64,000 bases of DNA from Candidatus Caenarcanales bacterium. GTDB lineage: Bacteria; Cyanobacteriota; Vampirovibrionia; 2-02-FULL-35-15. Numbering within the stretch: the stretch's first letter is position 1; every line of letters starts with the position of its first letter. Shown here one piece after another: positions 55,350 through 64,000 of the stretch. The DNA lies in contig JAGVKQ010000011.1 in NCBI GenBank assembly GCA_020050435.1, forward strand, positions 3,350-67,349, in the 5' to 3' direction. A model generated the notes under the pieces. That model searched no databases. It had not been told where the DNA came from and was given only the letters and a program-made list of their open reading frames with translations. Position numbers and translations under genes: made by a program.

Positions 55350-56672
55350 GTGTTTTTATTGTTTTCATCATCACTAGCTATTGATCCAACTATTAGTCTG
55401 AGCCCAAGACTTACTGACTTGTCTAAAAAAGCAAGTGAGCTGAAATCTAAGCTTACATATAAAGCTATAAAAAAAGGGGAGCAAAATCATTTAGCTCAAA
55501 GAGTTGGGATTGAAGCCATAGGTGTAGATTTGCCTACTATTGTTTGTGAGTTTTTTCTTAGAGGGTATAAATCTGCTTTAGGTTCTGGTATAAGAATTAG
55601 TTTATTTATTCTTAACTCATTGATAATTCCTACTTTAATTGTTCCAGTGTTAAGTTTCTTTGCTAAAAGTAAATTTGACTTACCTAAACACTTTAAAAAT
55701 TCTTTTTTAAATCAATTTGAAGATTTAACTCCTGAGAAGAAAACTGATGAATCAAATGTTGAGTTTGTGGAAAGTGTTAAAAAAATAGAGAGTGAAGAAG
55801 CTGTTAAGAAAGAGTTCTATAAAAGTGATGGCAGTGTTGATCATGCTTCTGTATTAGGCTTTAAAGATAAGATATTAAAAGCTAAGTCATTTGTAATGAG
55901 GTGGGATGTTCAAGTTTCAGGACTTTTAACTTATTTAGTTCCATGGTGTCAAAATTGGTTTGAGCAAAAAACTCTAGGCTTAATAGGTTTCTCTGGAGAG
56001 GATAAATTTTTAGAAGATTCACAGAAAGATGAAAGTATGGAATTCCATAATAAATATAAAAATTGGAAGCTTGCTGCAGGTGTATTACCTACAGTTTTAG
56101 GTAGTCATTACTTTTCAAAAACAGTTCAGGATTCTGTAGGAAGTACTGATGAGGAAGTTAAGAATAAAAGTATAAAGGGGTTTGTAAAAAAACATATTAA
56201 ACAATTTGATTATCATGAAGGTATTTATGCAAACAAATTAAATCTTGCCGGAATTATATTTTTTGGTGGTGATGCTGGTATGATTCTGGCTGCCAGAACC
56301 ATTGGTGAGGCTTGTGAAAGAGTCGTAAGACTTAGTGCATTTTGGCCATCATTTGTCTATGGTATTGAATGGATGCATTCTAAATTTGCTTTAAGTAGCG
56401 ATAAAAAACAAGATACTCAGTTGATTGATCATAATGAGCATGAAGAGTTTGGTATAAAGAAAGTAAAAACTTTAGATAAGTTAGAATTAGAATTTGATAC
56501 AGCTGTTAAAGAAAATGATGAAAAGAAAGCAGGAGTTGCATTAAAGGGGATGGAAAATGGGGTGGGTGCTTTTGGGAAAGCATTCTTAGGAAACAGTGCA
56601 TTTCTTGGAGTAATACTAAATCTAATTAGTTATGTGTTTATGAGAGTAAGAATTGCAAAGGGTATTTATTAA
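55350..56672 (+). CDS. Hypothetical membrane-associated protein (440 aa, GTG start)
   Basis: Long ORF with hydrophobic segments (LFILNSLIIPTLIVPVLSFF, GIIFFGGDAGMILAA) and no recognisable domain. Confidence 0.4.
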   Translation: MFLLFSSSLAIDPTISLSPRLTDLSKKASELKSKLTYKAIKKGEQNHLAQRVGIEAIGVDLPTIVCEFFLRGYKSALGSGIRISLFILNSLIIPTLIVPVLSFFAKSKFDLPKHFKNSFLNQFEDLTPEKKTDESNVEFVESVKKIESEEAVKKEFYKSDGSVDHASVLGFKDKILKAKSFVMRWDVQVSGLLTYLVPWCQNWFEQKTLGLIGFSGEDKFLEDSQKDESMEFHNKYKNWKLAAGVLPTVLGSHYFSKTVQDSVGSTDEEVKNKSIKGFVKKHIKQFDYHEGIYANKLNLAGIIFFGGDAGMILAARTIGEACERVVRLSAFWPSFVYGIEWMHSKFALSSDKKQDTQLIDHNEHEEFGIKKVKTLDKLELEFDTAVKENDEKKAGVALKGMENGVGAFGKAFLGNSAFLGVILNLISYVFMRVRIAKGIY

Positions 56673-56750
56673 TATTATTTTTATTTGATCAATAAAACTG
56701 TTAATTCATAGTAAAATTATTTCGTTTCTTTCTAATTTAAGGAAAAATTT

Positions 56751-57485
56751 ATGTCAACAACTATAGAAAAAATACCAGCAAAATTTGGTGAAACAAAAAG
56801 AAAAGATTTATGGTGGTTAGAACCTCTTTTGTATTTTATTGGATTGGGTGGCTTTGTCGTCTATGCTACATGGGCAGCATTTCAAGGAAATCATTACGAA
56901 TATGGTCCTTATCTTTCTCCATTTTATTCTCCAGAGCTAGTTTTTGACTGGTGGAAATTTTCGCCTGCATTTTTAATTCTTTGGATTCCAGCAGGCTTTA
57001 GAACCACATGCTATTACTATAGAAAAGCATATTACCGCTCATTCTTTATGGATCCACCTGCATGTGCAGTTAGTGAGGGATGTAAAAAATATACTGGTGA
57101 AACTGGCTTCCCATTAATTTTTCAAAATATTCATAGATATTTTTTCTACTTGGCAGCTATATTTATTGTTTTTCTTTGGATAGATGCATATAAAGCATTT
57201 TTCTTTGATGGAGTCTTTGGTATAGGTATAGGATCTATTGTTTTAACTGCAAATGTATTTTTACTTTCATGTTATACCTTTTCATGCCATTCATTTAGGC
57301 ATTTAATAGGTGGTTTTAAAGATAGCTTTAAGTGTGGTATTCAGCATAAAGTCTATGAAAAAGTTAGTTGTGCTAATGAGCATCATATGCTCTGGGCATG
57401 GCTTAGTTTATTCTCAGTAGGCTTTGCAGATATTTATGTGAGACTTTGTTCGATGGGGATTTGGACAGATCTAAGGTTAATGTAA
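56751..57485 (+). CDS. sdhC: Putative succinate dehydrogenase membrane anchor / cytochrome b subunit (5 TM, Cys/His-rich)
   Basis: 244 aa with 5 predicted TM helices. It is immediately upstream of sdhA and sdhB in the same orientation. It is assigned by context and architecture only. Confidence 0.5.
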   Translation: MSTTIEKIPAKFGETKRKDLWWLEPLLYFIGLGGFVVYATWAAFQGNHYEYGPYLSPFYSPELVFDWWKFSPAFLILWIPAGFRTTCYYYRKAYYRSFFMDPPACAVSEGCKKYTGETGFPLIFQNIHRYFFYLAAIFIVFLWIDAYKAFFFDGVFGIGIGSIVLTANVFLLSCYTFSCHSFRHLIGGFKDSFKCGIQHKVYEKVSCANEHHMLWAWLSLFSVGFADIYVRLCSMGIWTDLRLM

Positions 57486-57503
57486 AGGCGTTGAGGGCGA
57501 GGT

Positions 57504-59312
57504 TTGCAAACCTCGCATTCTGAGAAACAGGAGAAAACATTGAATATACTAGATAGATTTGAAACGCATGAGCATGACGTTATTGTTATTGGTGCTGGTG
57601 GTGCTGGTTTGAGAGCTGCTATTGAAGCCTCAGCTCAGGGTGCTAAGGTTGCATTGGTTTGTAAATCACTTTTAGGAAAAGCACATACTGTTATGGCTGA
57701 AGGTGGTATTGCTGCAGCACTTGCAAATGTAGATAAAGATGATAATTGGCAAACACATTTCACCGATACTATGTTTGGTGGTAAATATGTAAACAATAAT
57801 AAAATGGCAGAACTTCATGCTAAAGAAGCGCCTGAAAGAGTTCATGAGCTTGAGCATTGGGGAGCTGTTTTTGATAGAACCCAAGAAGGCAAAATCATTC
57901 AAAGAGCATTTGGTGGACATAAATATAAAAGACTTTCACATGTAGGAGATAGAACTGGACTTGAAATGATTAGAACACTTCAGGACAAAGGTGTTCATAT
58001 GGGCATTGATGTCTACATGGAATGTACTGTAACTAAACTTTTAAAAGATGAAGGTAGAATCTCTGGAGCATTTGGTTATTGGAGAGAGACTGGAAAGTTT
58101 GTTATTTTTAAAGCTAAGTCTGTAGTTTTAGCTACAGGTGGGGTTTGTAAAATTTTTAAAATCAATTCTAATTCATGGGAATATACAGCAGATGGTCAGG
58201 CTCTTGCTTATGAAGCTGGTGCGGAAATTATTGATAGTGAGTTTATTCAGTTCCATCCTACAGGAATGATATGGCCACCAGGAGTTATTGGAATTCTTGT
58301 CACTGAAGCAGTCCGTGGGGAAGGTGGAATCCTTACAAATAGTAAGGGTGAGCGCTTTATGGAAAAGTACGATCCTAAATTAATGGAATTGTCTACTCGT
58401 GATGTGGTTGCTAGAGCGATTTATACAGAGAATAGAGAAGGCAGAGGATCTAAGCATGGTGGAGCATATTTAGATATTAGCCATAAAGGTGCTGAATATG
58501 TGAAGAAAAAGCTTCCTAGCATGTACCATCAATTTAAAGATCTTGCAGATGTAGACATTACAGCTGGTCCAATGGAAGTAGGTCCTACTGGGCACTATTC
58601 TATGGGTGGAGTAAGAGTAGAGGCTGAAACAGCTATGTCTTGTGTCCCTGGTCTTTTTGCCTGCGGAGAAGTTGCAGGTGGAATGCATGGCGCGAATAGA
58701 TTAGGTGGAAATTCACTTTCTGATTTAGTAGTATTTGGAAGAAGAGCTGGCTTGGCTGCTGCTGAGTTTGCAAAGAAAAATCCTCCAGCAAAAATTGATG
58801 AAAAAGAAATTCAAGGTGCTGAAAAAGAGATGACTACTTATTTTGAAAATACCGGTGATAATCCTTATACAGTGCATATGGAGCTTCAAGAATTAATGCA
58901 AGCAAATGTAGGAATATTTAGACTTGAAGAAGATATTCAAAAAGCAATTTCTGGACTTAATAAAATAAAAGAAAAAGCAAAAAATCTTCGTATAGAAGGA
59001 TCAAGAATGTATAATCCTGGCTGGCATATGGCTAATGATTTACAAAACATGATTATGTACGCTGAAGCTATTGCTAAGTGTGCCAGCATGAGAAAAGAAA
59101 GTAGAGGAGCTCATTCTAGATTAGATTTCCCTAATCCAAATCCAGAAGATGCTACTTGGAATAGTTTAGTTAAAAAAGGACCTAATGGTGAAATGATTGT
59201 TGAGAAAATTCCTACAATGCAAATGCCATCAGATTTAATGGGTGTATTGAAGAATGATCAAGAGAGGGTTTCAAAATATAGTAATTTATTAAACAGTTCT
59301 GTAGGGGCGTAA
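57504..59312 (+). CDS. sdhA: Succinate dehydrogenase / fumarate reductase flavoprotein subunit; the likely start is TTG at about 57540, after a GGAG Shine-Dalgarno
   Basis: The FAD motif is [17 protein letters not shown]. The FAD-attachment His sits in the RSHTVAAEGG-like block ([14 protein letters not shown]). The HYSMGG and RLGGNSL blocks are present. Confidence 0.95.
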   Translation: MQTSHSEKQEKTLNILDRFETHEHDVIVIGAGGAGLRAAIEASAQGAKVALVCKSLLGKAHTVMAEGGIAAALANVDKDDNWQTHFTDTMFGGKYVNNNKMAELHAKEAPERVHELEHWGAVFDRTQEGKIIQRAFGGHKYKRLSHVGDRTGLEMIRTLQDKGVHMGIDVYMECTVTKLLKDEGRISGAFGYWRETGKFVIFKAKSVVLATGGVCKIFKINSNSWEYTADGQALAYEAGAEIIDSEFIQFHPTGMIWPPGVIGILVTEAVRGEGGILTNSKGERFMEKYDPKLMELSTRDVVARAIYTENREGRGSKHGGAYLDISHKGAEYVKKKLPSMYHQFKDLADVDITAGPMEVGPTGHYSMGGVRVEAETAMSCVPGLFACGEVAGGMHGANRLGGNSLSDLVVFGRRAGLAAAEFAKKNPPAKIDEKEIQGAEKEMTTYFENTGDNPYTVHMELQELMQANVGIFRLEEDIQKAISGLNKIKEKAKNLRIEGSRMYNPGWHMANDLQNMIMYAEAIAKCASMRKESRGAHSRLDFPNPNPEDATWNSLVKKGPNGEMIVEKIPTMQMPSDLMGVLKNDQERVSKYSNLLNSSVGA

Positions 59313-59344
59313 TTATTACATCTCTAATTCCAAAGGAAAAATAC

Positions 59345-60079
59345 ATGAAAGAAGCAAAATTTAAGGTATATCGCGGTGATGACAAATCTGGAGAAGAAAT
59401 TGCATATACCGTTCCTGTAGAAGAAGGCATGGTTGTTCTTGATGCTATGCATCATATTCAGAGAAATGCATGTTCTGACTTGGCTGTTCGTTGGAATTGT
59501 AAGGCTGCTAAATGTGGATCATGTAGTGCTGAGGTAAATGGAAAACCTAAGCTTATGTGTAAATCTAGGCTTGATGATTATGATCTCAGTCAAGAAATTA
59601 CAGTTCGTCCTATGAAATCTTTTCCTGTAATTAAAGACCTTGTTTGTGATGTTTCCTGGAATTATGAAGTAAATAAAAAAATTGTCCCATTTACTCCTAA
59701 AGAAGGTACTGATTGGACTATGTCCCAAAGGGATGTAGAAAGATCACAAGAATTTAGAAAATGTATTGAATGTTTTGCCTGTCAAAATGTTTGTCACGTA
59801 CTTCGTGATCATGATTTAAAACCAAAATTTGCAGGACCAAGATTTTTTGTACGTGTAGCTGGATTAGAAATGCATCCTTTAGATGTAGCTAATAGACTAG
59901 AGTATATTAAAGATGATATGGGAATTGGTTTTTGTAATATAACTAAGTGTTGTACAGAGGTTTGTCCTGAAGATATCCATATCACTGATAATGCCATTAT
60001 CCCTTTGAAAGAAAGAGTAGTTGATGAATATTATGAACCAGTAAAAATGGTTTTAAAAGGGATTTTTGGAAAGAAGTAA
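59345..60079 (+). CDS. sdhB: Succinate dehydrogenase iron-sulfur subunit
   Basis: The [2Fe-2S] block CSDLAVRWNCKAAKCGSCSAEVNG and the [4Fe-4S]/[3Fe-4S] blocks CIECFACQNVC and CTEVCP are present. Confidence 0.9.
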   Translation: MKEAKFKVYRGDDKSGEEIAYTVPVEEGMVVLDAMHHIQRNACSDLAVRWNCKAAKCGSCSAEVNGKPKLMCKSRLDDYDLSQEITVRPMKSFPVIKDLVCDVSWNYEVNKKIVPFTPKEGTDWTMSQRDVERSQEFRKCIECFACQNVCHVLRDHDLKPKFAGPRFFVRVAGLEMHPLDVANRLEYIKDDMGIGFCNITKCCTEVCPEDIHITDNAIIPLKERVVDEYYEPVKMVLKGIFGKK

Positions 60080-60080
60080 A

Positions 60081-60446
60081 TTAGTTATATTTACCTAGTT
60101 CTTTAGAAGTCTCATTAAAATCATTTTGCGCAGCTCTTTGAATCTTTTGCATCTCAAAAAAGTTTTTTATATAACCAAATGGTCCAGTACTATTTGAAAT
60201 CATTGCACCATATAGATGTCCGTCTGAAGGTTGAACGTTTGGATCTACTTTCCCAAGCCTTTCATTGCTGGATATGATCGTTGATACTCTAATCATTTGA
60301 AACCCACCGTAAAGAAATAGACCGATTGCCATGATTAATCCAGCTAGTCTAATGTATGACTCCAGATCTTTTACAATATCTTGAATTGTTTTTTCTTTAT
60401 ATGGTTGAGATTGAGGTTGATCTTGATTTTCTTTTTGTTCAAACAT
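60081..60446 (-). CDS. Hypothetical small membrane protein (121 aa)
   Basis: ORF with one TM helix (LAGLIMAIGLFLYGGF). Confidence 0.35.
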   Translation of the reverse strand: MFEQKENQDQPQSQPYKEKTIQDIVKDLESYIRLAGLIMAIGLFLYGGFQMIRVSTIISSNERLGKVDPNVQPSDGHLYGAMISNSTGPFGYIKNFFEMQKIQRAAQNDFNETSKELGKYN

Positions 60447-60470
60447 AATTAATAATCCAATTGGGATTTA

Positions 60471-60647
60471 CTAAAATGCATTGGTTGCATCTTTAATTGA
60501 GTTTTGAGTATTTTGAATATTTTTTTCTACTTCTTGTTTCACAACTTCTGGATTAATATTAGGCTTGAATATTGCATATGCTCCAAGAGCAATTAATATT
60601 GATAACCCTCCGCAACCCAATCCAATAAATATACTTTTGTTTCCCAT
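60471..60647 (-). CDS. Possible 58-aa small membrane protein (below the ORF-track length cutoff)
   Basis: Manual translation gives MGNKSIFIGLGCGGLSILIALGAYAIFKPNINPEVVKQEVEKNIQNTQNSIKDATNAF. A Shine-Dalgarno AAGGAGAAAA sits upstream of the ATG. Confidence 0.3.
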   Translation of the reverse strand: MGNKSIFIGLGCGGLSILIALGAYAIFKPNINPEVVKQEVEKNIQNTQNSIKDATNAF

Positions 60648-60832
60648 AATTTTCTCCTTAACAAAATATTTTCCCTAATATGTTATTAAGTAAACTCTTA
60701 TTTTTTATAAGATTTAACTTTGTAACAATTTAAAATAATAAAAAAGCAAGTGATTAAGCTTAATACTTCTAAATACTGCTTTATGAAAATAATTTATTTG
60801 TAGGTATTTCCCGGATATTAATTAGAAAAGCT

Positions 60833-63061
60833 TTATGCTCCAAGTGCTTTACTTTTTTCATCTTCAGTAAGACCACGCATTGTGAGACTAATTCTATTCT
60901 TTTCATCAATTTCTCTGACACGAACTGCGACGATATCGCCTACTTTGACTACATCTTCTACTTTCTCAGTTCTCTTATCTTGAAGTTGTGAAATATGAAC
61001 CATGCCTTCTTTATTAGGAAGGATCTCTACAAATGCACCTATTTGAGCCACTCTAACCACACGTCCTGAGTAGACTGCACCTGGTTGAACTTTTTCTACA
61101 AGTCCTTGAACCATTTTCTTTGCTTTATAAGCTTTTTCATTGTCTGGAGATGCTATTAAAACTGTGCCATCTTCTTCAATGTCGATTTTAGCTCCAGTTT
61201 CTTCAGTAATTCTTCTAATCATCTTTCCACCAGGACCAATGATAGTTCCTATATCAGACATATCAACTTTCATTGTCAATATTCTTGGTGCCCAAGGTGA
61301 CATTTCAGTTCTTGGTTTTGGAATTGTTTCAAGCATTTTTTCAAGAATGAAAAGTCTTCCTACTCTTGCTTGTTCAAGAGCAATTTTCATTATTTCAAGT
61401 GTAATTCCTTGAATCTTAATGTCCATTTGAAGTGCTGAAATTCCTTTTTTGGAACCAGTTACTTTAAAGTCCATATCACCAAGAGAATCTTCTAATCCTT
61501 GGATGTCAGGTAGAATTGCAAACTTATCGCCTTCTTTAATTAATCCCATTGCAACACCAGCGATCGGTGCTTTTATTGGAACTCCCGCATCCATGAGTGA
61601 AAGTGTGCTTCCACATGTACTTGCCATACTGCTAGAACCATTTGATTCAAGCACTTCAGAGATAACTCTTATGGTGTAAGGAAATGCTGCTTGGTCAGGG
61701 AGTACTGGTAATAATGCACGTTCTGCAAGAGCACCATGCCCTATTTCTCTTCTGCCTGGTGTTCTGCTAGGTTTTACTTCACCTACAGAGTATCCAGGAA
61801 AATTATAATGATGTATATATCTTTTTTCTGTAGCCGGATCAATGGTGTCTAATTTCTGAGCATCACCAGTGGTTCCTAATGTACATGTAGAGAGAGCTTG
61901 AGTACCTCCTCTAGTAAAGAGTCCTGTACCGTGAGTTCTTGGAAGTAATCCTACATCACAGGTGATTAATCTTATTTCATTACATTTTCTTCCATCACCT
62001 CTAACACCCTCTTCTAAAATTTTCTTTCTCATTAATTTTTCCTCAAGAATGTTTACTTGAGTAGAAATTGCTTTATTTGGTGCTTTAAGAAGTTCTTTTA
62101 ATGGGTTCTCATCTTTTAAGGCTTCAATTACTTTTTTTACTTTTTCAATTGCAGCTTTGATGAATTTCTTATGTGTGCCTTTATCTTTTACATTGTCCAT
62201 GGATTTTAAAACATCTTCTTTAGCATGTTTTTCAACAATGGTATTTAACTCTTTGTTTGTTTCTGGCGGAGTAAATTCTTTTTTCTTTTTACCATACAGC
62301 TTTGCAAATTCAAGTTGAGCTTCTACTTGTTCTTTGATTATTGTTTGAGCAAAAGCTAGTGCATTCAATATCACTTCTTCTGTGACTAAGTCAGCTCCAG
62401 CTTCTACCATCATAATTGAATTAGCAGTCCCTGAAACAATTAAATCCAATTCACTTTTTTCACTTTCTTCAAAAGTTGGATTTGCTACAAATTTATTATG
62501 AATGTAACCTACTCTAACTGCACCGATTGGACCTTCAAATGGAATGTCAGATAAAGTTAATGCAAATGATGCACCTAGCATTGCAAGAGTGTCAGGTTGG
62601 TTTACTTGATCAACACTTAAAGTTGTTGCTACCACTTGAACATCATTGCGATAATTTTCTGGGAATAATGGGCGGAGTGGTCTATCCATTAAACGAGCTG
62701 TTAATGTAGATTTGTCAGCAGCTTTCCCTTCTCTTCTATTGTAGCTTCCAGGGACTTTCCCTACTGCACACATTCTCTCTTCAAAATCACAAAGGAGTGG
62801 AAAGAAATCTATACCATCTCTAGGTGCATCTGATGCCACAGCGACAGCTAATAAAACAGTGTCACCACATCTAATAGTTACTGAACCGCTAGCACCTTTT
62901 GCTAGTTTCCCGGTTTGAATAATAATATCTTTCCCTGAAGATTTTATTATTATTTCTTTTTCATTTTTATTTTTTTCTTTTTCTTTTTCTTTTTCTTGTG
63001 ACTTTTCTAAACTTTCTGAACCTTCTTCTTTAACTTCAACTTCGTTATTTGTAATAGACAT
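60833..63061 (-). CDS. pnp: Polyribonucleotide nucleotidyltransferase (PNPase) with an unusual ~35-aa K/E-rich N-terminal extension
   Basis: It has two RNase PH domains, a KH domain (GPGGKMIRRITEETGAKI) and a C-terminal S1 domain (GAVYSGRVVRVAQIGAFVEI). The N-terminus is MSITNNEVEVKEEGSESLEKSQEKEKEKEKNKNEKE. Confidence 0.95.
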   Translation of the reverse strand: MSITNNEVEVKEEGSESLEKSQEKEKEKEKNKNEKEIIIKSSGKDIIIQTGKLAKGASGSVTIRCGDTVLLAVAVASDAPRDGIDFFPLLCDFEERMCAVGKVPGSYNRREGKAADKSTLTARLMDRPLRPLFPENYRNDVQVVATTLSVDQVNQPDTLAMLGASFALTLSDIPFEGPIGAVRVGYIHNKFVANPTFEESEKSELDLIVSGTANSIMMVEAGADLVTEEVILNALAFAQTIIKEQVEAQLEFAKLYGKKKKEFTPPETNKELNTIVEKHAKEDVLKSMDNVKDKGTHKKFIKAAIEKVKKVIEALKDENPLKELLKAPNKAISTQVNILEEKLMRKKILEEGVRGDGRKCNEIRLITCDVGLLPRTHGTGLFTRGGTQALSTCTLGTTGDAQKLDTIDPATEKRYIHHYNFPGYSVGEVKPSRTPGRREIGHGALAERALLPVLPDQAAFPYTIRVISEVLESNGSSSMASTCGSTLSLMDAGVPIKAPIAGVAMGLIKEGDKFAILPDIQGLEDSLGDMDFKVTGSKKGISALQMDIKIQGITLEIMKIALEQARVGRLFILEKMLETIPKPRTEMSPWAPRILTMKVDMSDIGTIIGPGGKMIRRITEETGAKIDIEEDGTVLIASPDNEKAYKAKKMVQGLVEKVQPGAVYSGRVVRVAQIGAFVEILPNKEGMVHISQLQDKRTEKVEDVVKVGDIVAVRVREIDEKNRISLTMRGLTEDEKSKALGA

Positions 63062-63140
63062 TTAGGCCTCATTTCTTTGTATTGAAAACGACAGAGGTTT
63101 ATTTCTTTTTCAAGTTTCTAGACTAAATTCTTAAAGCTTC

Positions 63141-63410
63141 TTATCCTCTAATAGACAATTGGTCAATTAATTTTCTGTAAGAATCCTTATCACTTCTTTT
63201 TAAATAATTTAAGTGATTTCTTCTCTTTCCAACCATCATTACTAATCCTCTTTGACATTGATAGTCTTTAGGATTTGTACCCAAGTGACCTGTTAATAGA
63301 TTTATTTTCTCTGTAAGAATTGATACTTGTACTTCCGGTGATCCAGTATCTTTTTTGTTAACTTGAAATTGAGAAATTAACTCCTTTTTCTTTTCTTTTG
63401 TTAGTGACAT
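63141..63410 (-). CDS. rpsO: 30S ribosomal protein S15
   Basis: 89 aa. The TGSPEVQVA and HLKRHKKDHHSRRGL-like region (GHLGTNPKDYQCQRGLVMMVGKRRNHLNYL) matches S15. It is upstream of pnp as in the canonical rpsO-pnp operon. Confidence 0.95.
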   Translation of the reverse strand: MSLTKEKKKELISQFQVNKKDTGSPEVQVSILTEKINLLTGHLGTNPKDYQCQRGLVMMVGKRRNHLNYLKRSDKDSYRKLIDQLSIRG

Positions 63411-63790
63411 ATATTTTTTACCCTTTTTTCGTACTTTAATTTACCATAAATATGCATAAACTTAACATGAGTTTACGAATTTTAAATTGGATTTATACTC
63501 TTATCACCTATATTCAGTGGTATTTCCATGCAAAGCAATTATCTTACAATTTAAAAATTATTTTTTATGAGTATACGTAATCACAAATGATGTAAAAACT
63601 ATTGTTATGTAAGACCTTGCTATTATTAACCCTCCCTGTTATTATAGTTGTCCGCCAATTTTATAAACGGCAAACGGATCCTGAAAAATAAAAAAGTCAA
63701 TTACAGTAAACAAGAAAAAGGTTAATAACGGTAGAGGACTTTTCTCTACCGAAATGTAAACCTGTCAATAAATTGAGAGTTTGTTTTGAT

Positions 63791-64000
63791 AGCCATGGAG
63801 AGTTTGATCCTGGCTCAGGACGAACGCTGGCGGCATGCCTCATACATGCAAGTCGAACGCCCCGCAAGGGGAGTGGCGTAAGGGTGAGTAACGCGTAGGA
63901 ATCTGCCTTAGACTGGGGGATAACCTGGGGAAACCCGGGCTAATACCGCATATTGCCGAGAGGTGAAAGATTTATCGGTCTAAGATGAGCCTGCGTATGA
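63791..64000 (+). rRNA. rrs: 16S ribosomal RNA, 5' end only; the gene continues beyond the window
   Basis: AGAGTTTGATCCTGGCTCAG at 63799, then GACGAACGCTGGCGGCATGCCTCATACATGCAAGTCGAACG, then GAGTAACGCGTAGGAATCTGCC. Confidence 0.9.

Noticed and set aside
55106-55350. Integrative element or prophage attachment at the tRNA-Ser 3' end
   Set aside because: There is no integrase, no excisionase, no phage genes and no duplicated tRNA 3' segment within the window. The hairpins are more simply explained as a tRNA terminator.

Overview
This is a 64 kb window from a strongly AT-rich bacterial chromosome of roughly 30% GC by eye. It looks like a diderm bacterium, because it carries a TolC/AcrAB efflux system, an Mla lipid transporter and a type IV pilin-like gene. 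The lineage cannot be assigned from the sequence, and the partial 16S 5' end at the window edge is atypical. Most of the window is densely packed housekeeping genes, called from recognisable protein motifs. They include dnaK (5' partial), ferredoxin, aroB, aroK, dnaB, ddl, bioB, two efflux operons, mutS, trxB, an acyl-CoA dehydrogenase, folK, queF, aroC, ubiE, fabD, dnaG, argC, queE, coaE, hpf, pdxA, folE, ilvH, mlaEFD, tRNA-Ser(UGA), sdhCAB, pnp, rpsO and the start of 16S rRNA. Unannotatable genes and two families of small palindromic, MITE-like intergenic repeats are interspersed among them. The standout accessory region is 46.6-52.6 kb: five co-oriented hypothetical genes, three of which share a ~110-aa C-terminal module that is ~85% identical at the nucleotide level between two copies. 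One of these encodes a 616-aa protein built from more than 100 tandem heptads of the form G-[QN]-x-[KD]-[VI]-x-x, seen as 21-bp DNA periodicity. Other second-look loci are an orphan HerA-like ATPase whose stop codon sits inside a 15-bp duplication that looks like a target-site duplication, a DUF39-like protein, a nucleoside-deoxyribosyltransferase-like fusion protein, and a folK-queF islet of two membrane proteins. No CRISPR array, integrase, transposase or prophage genes are visible.
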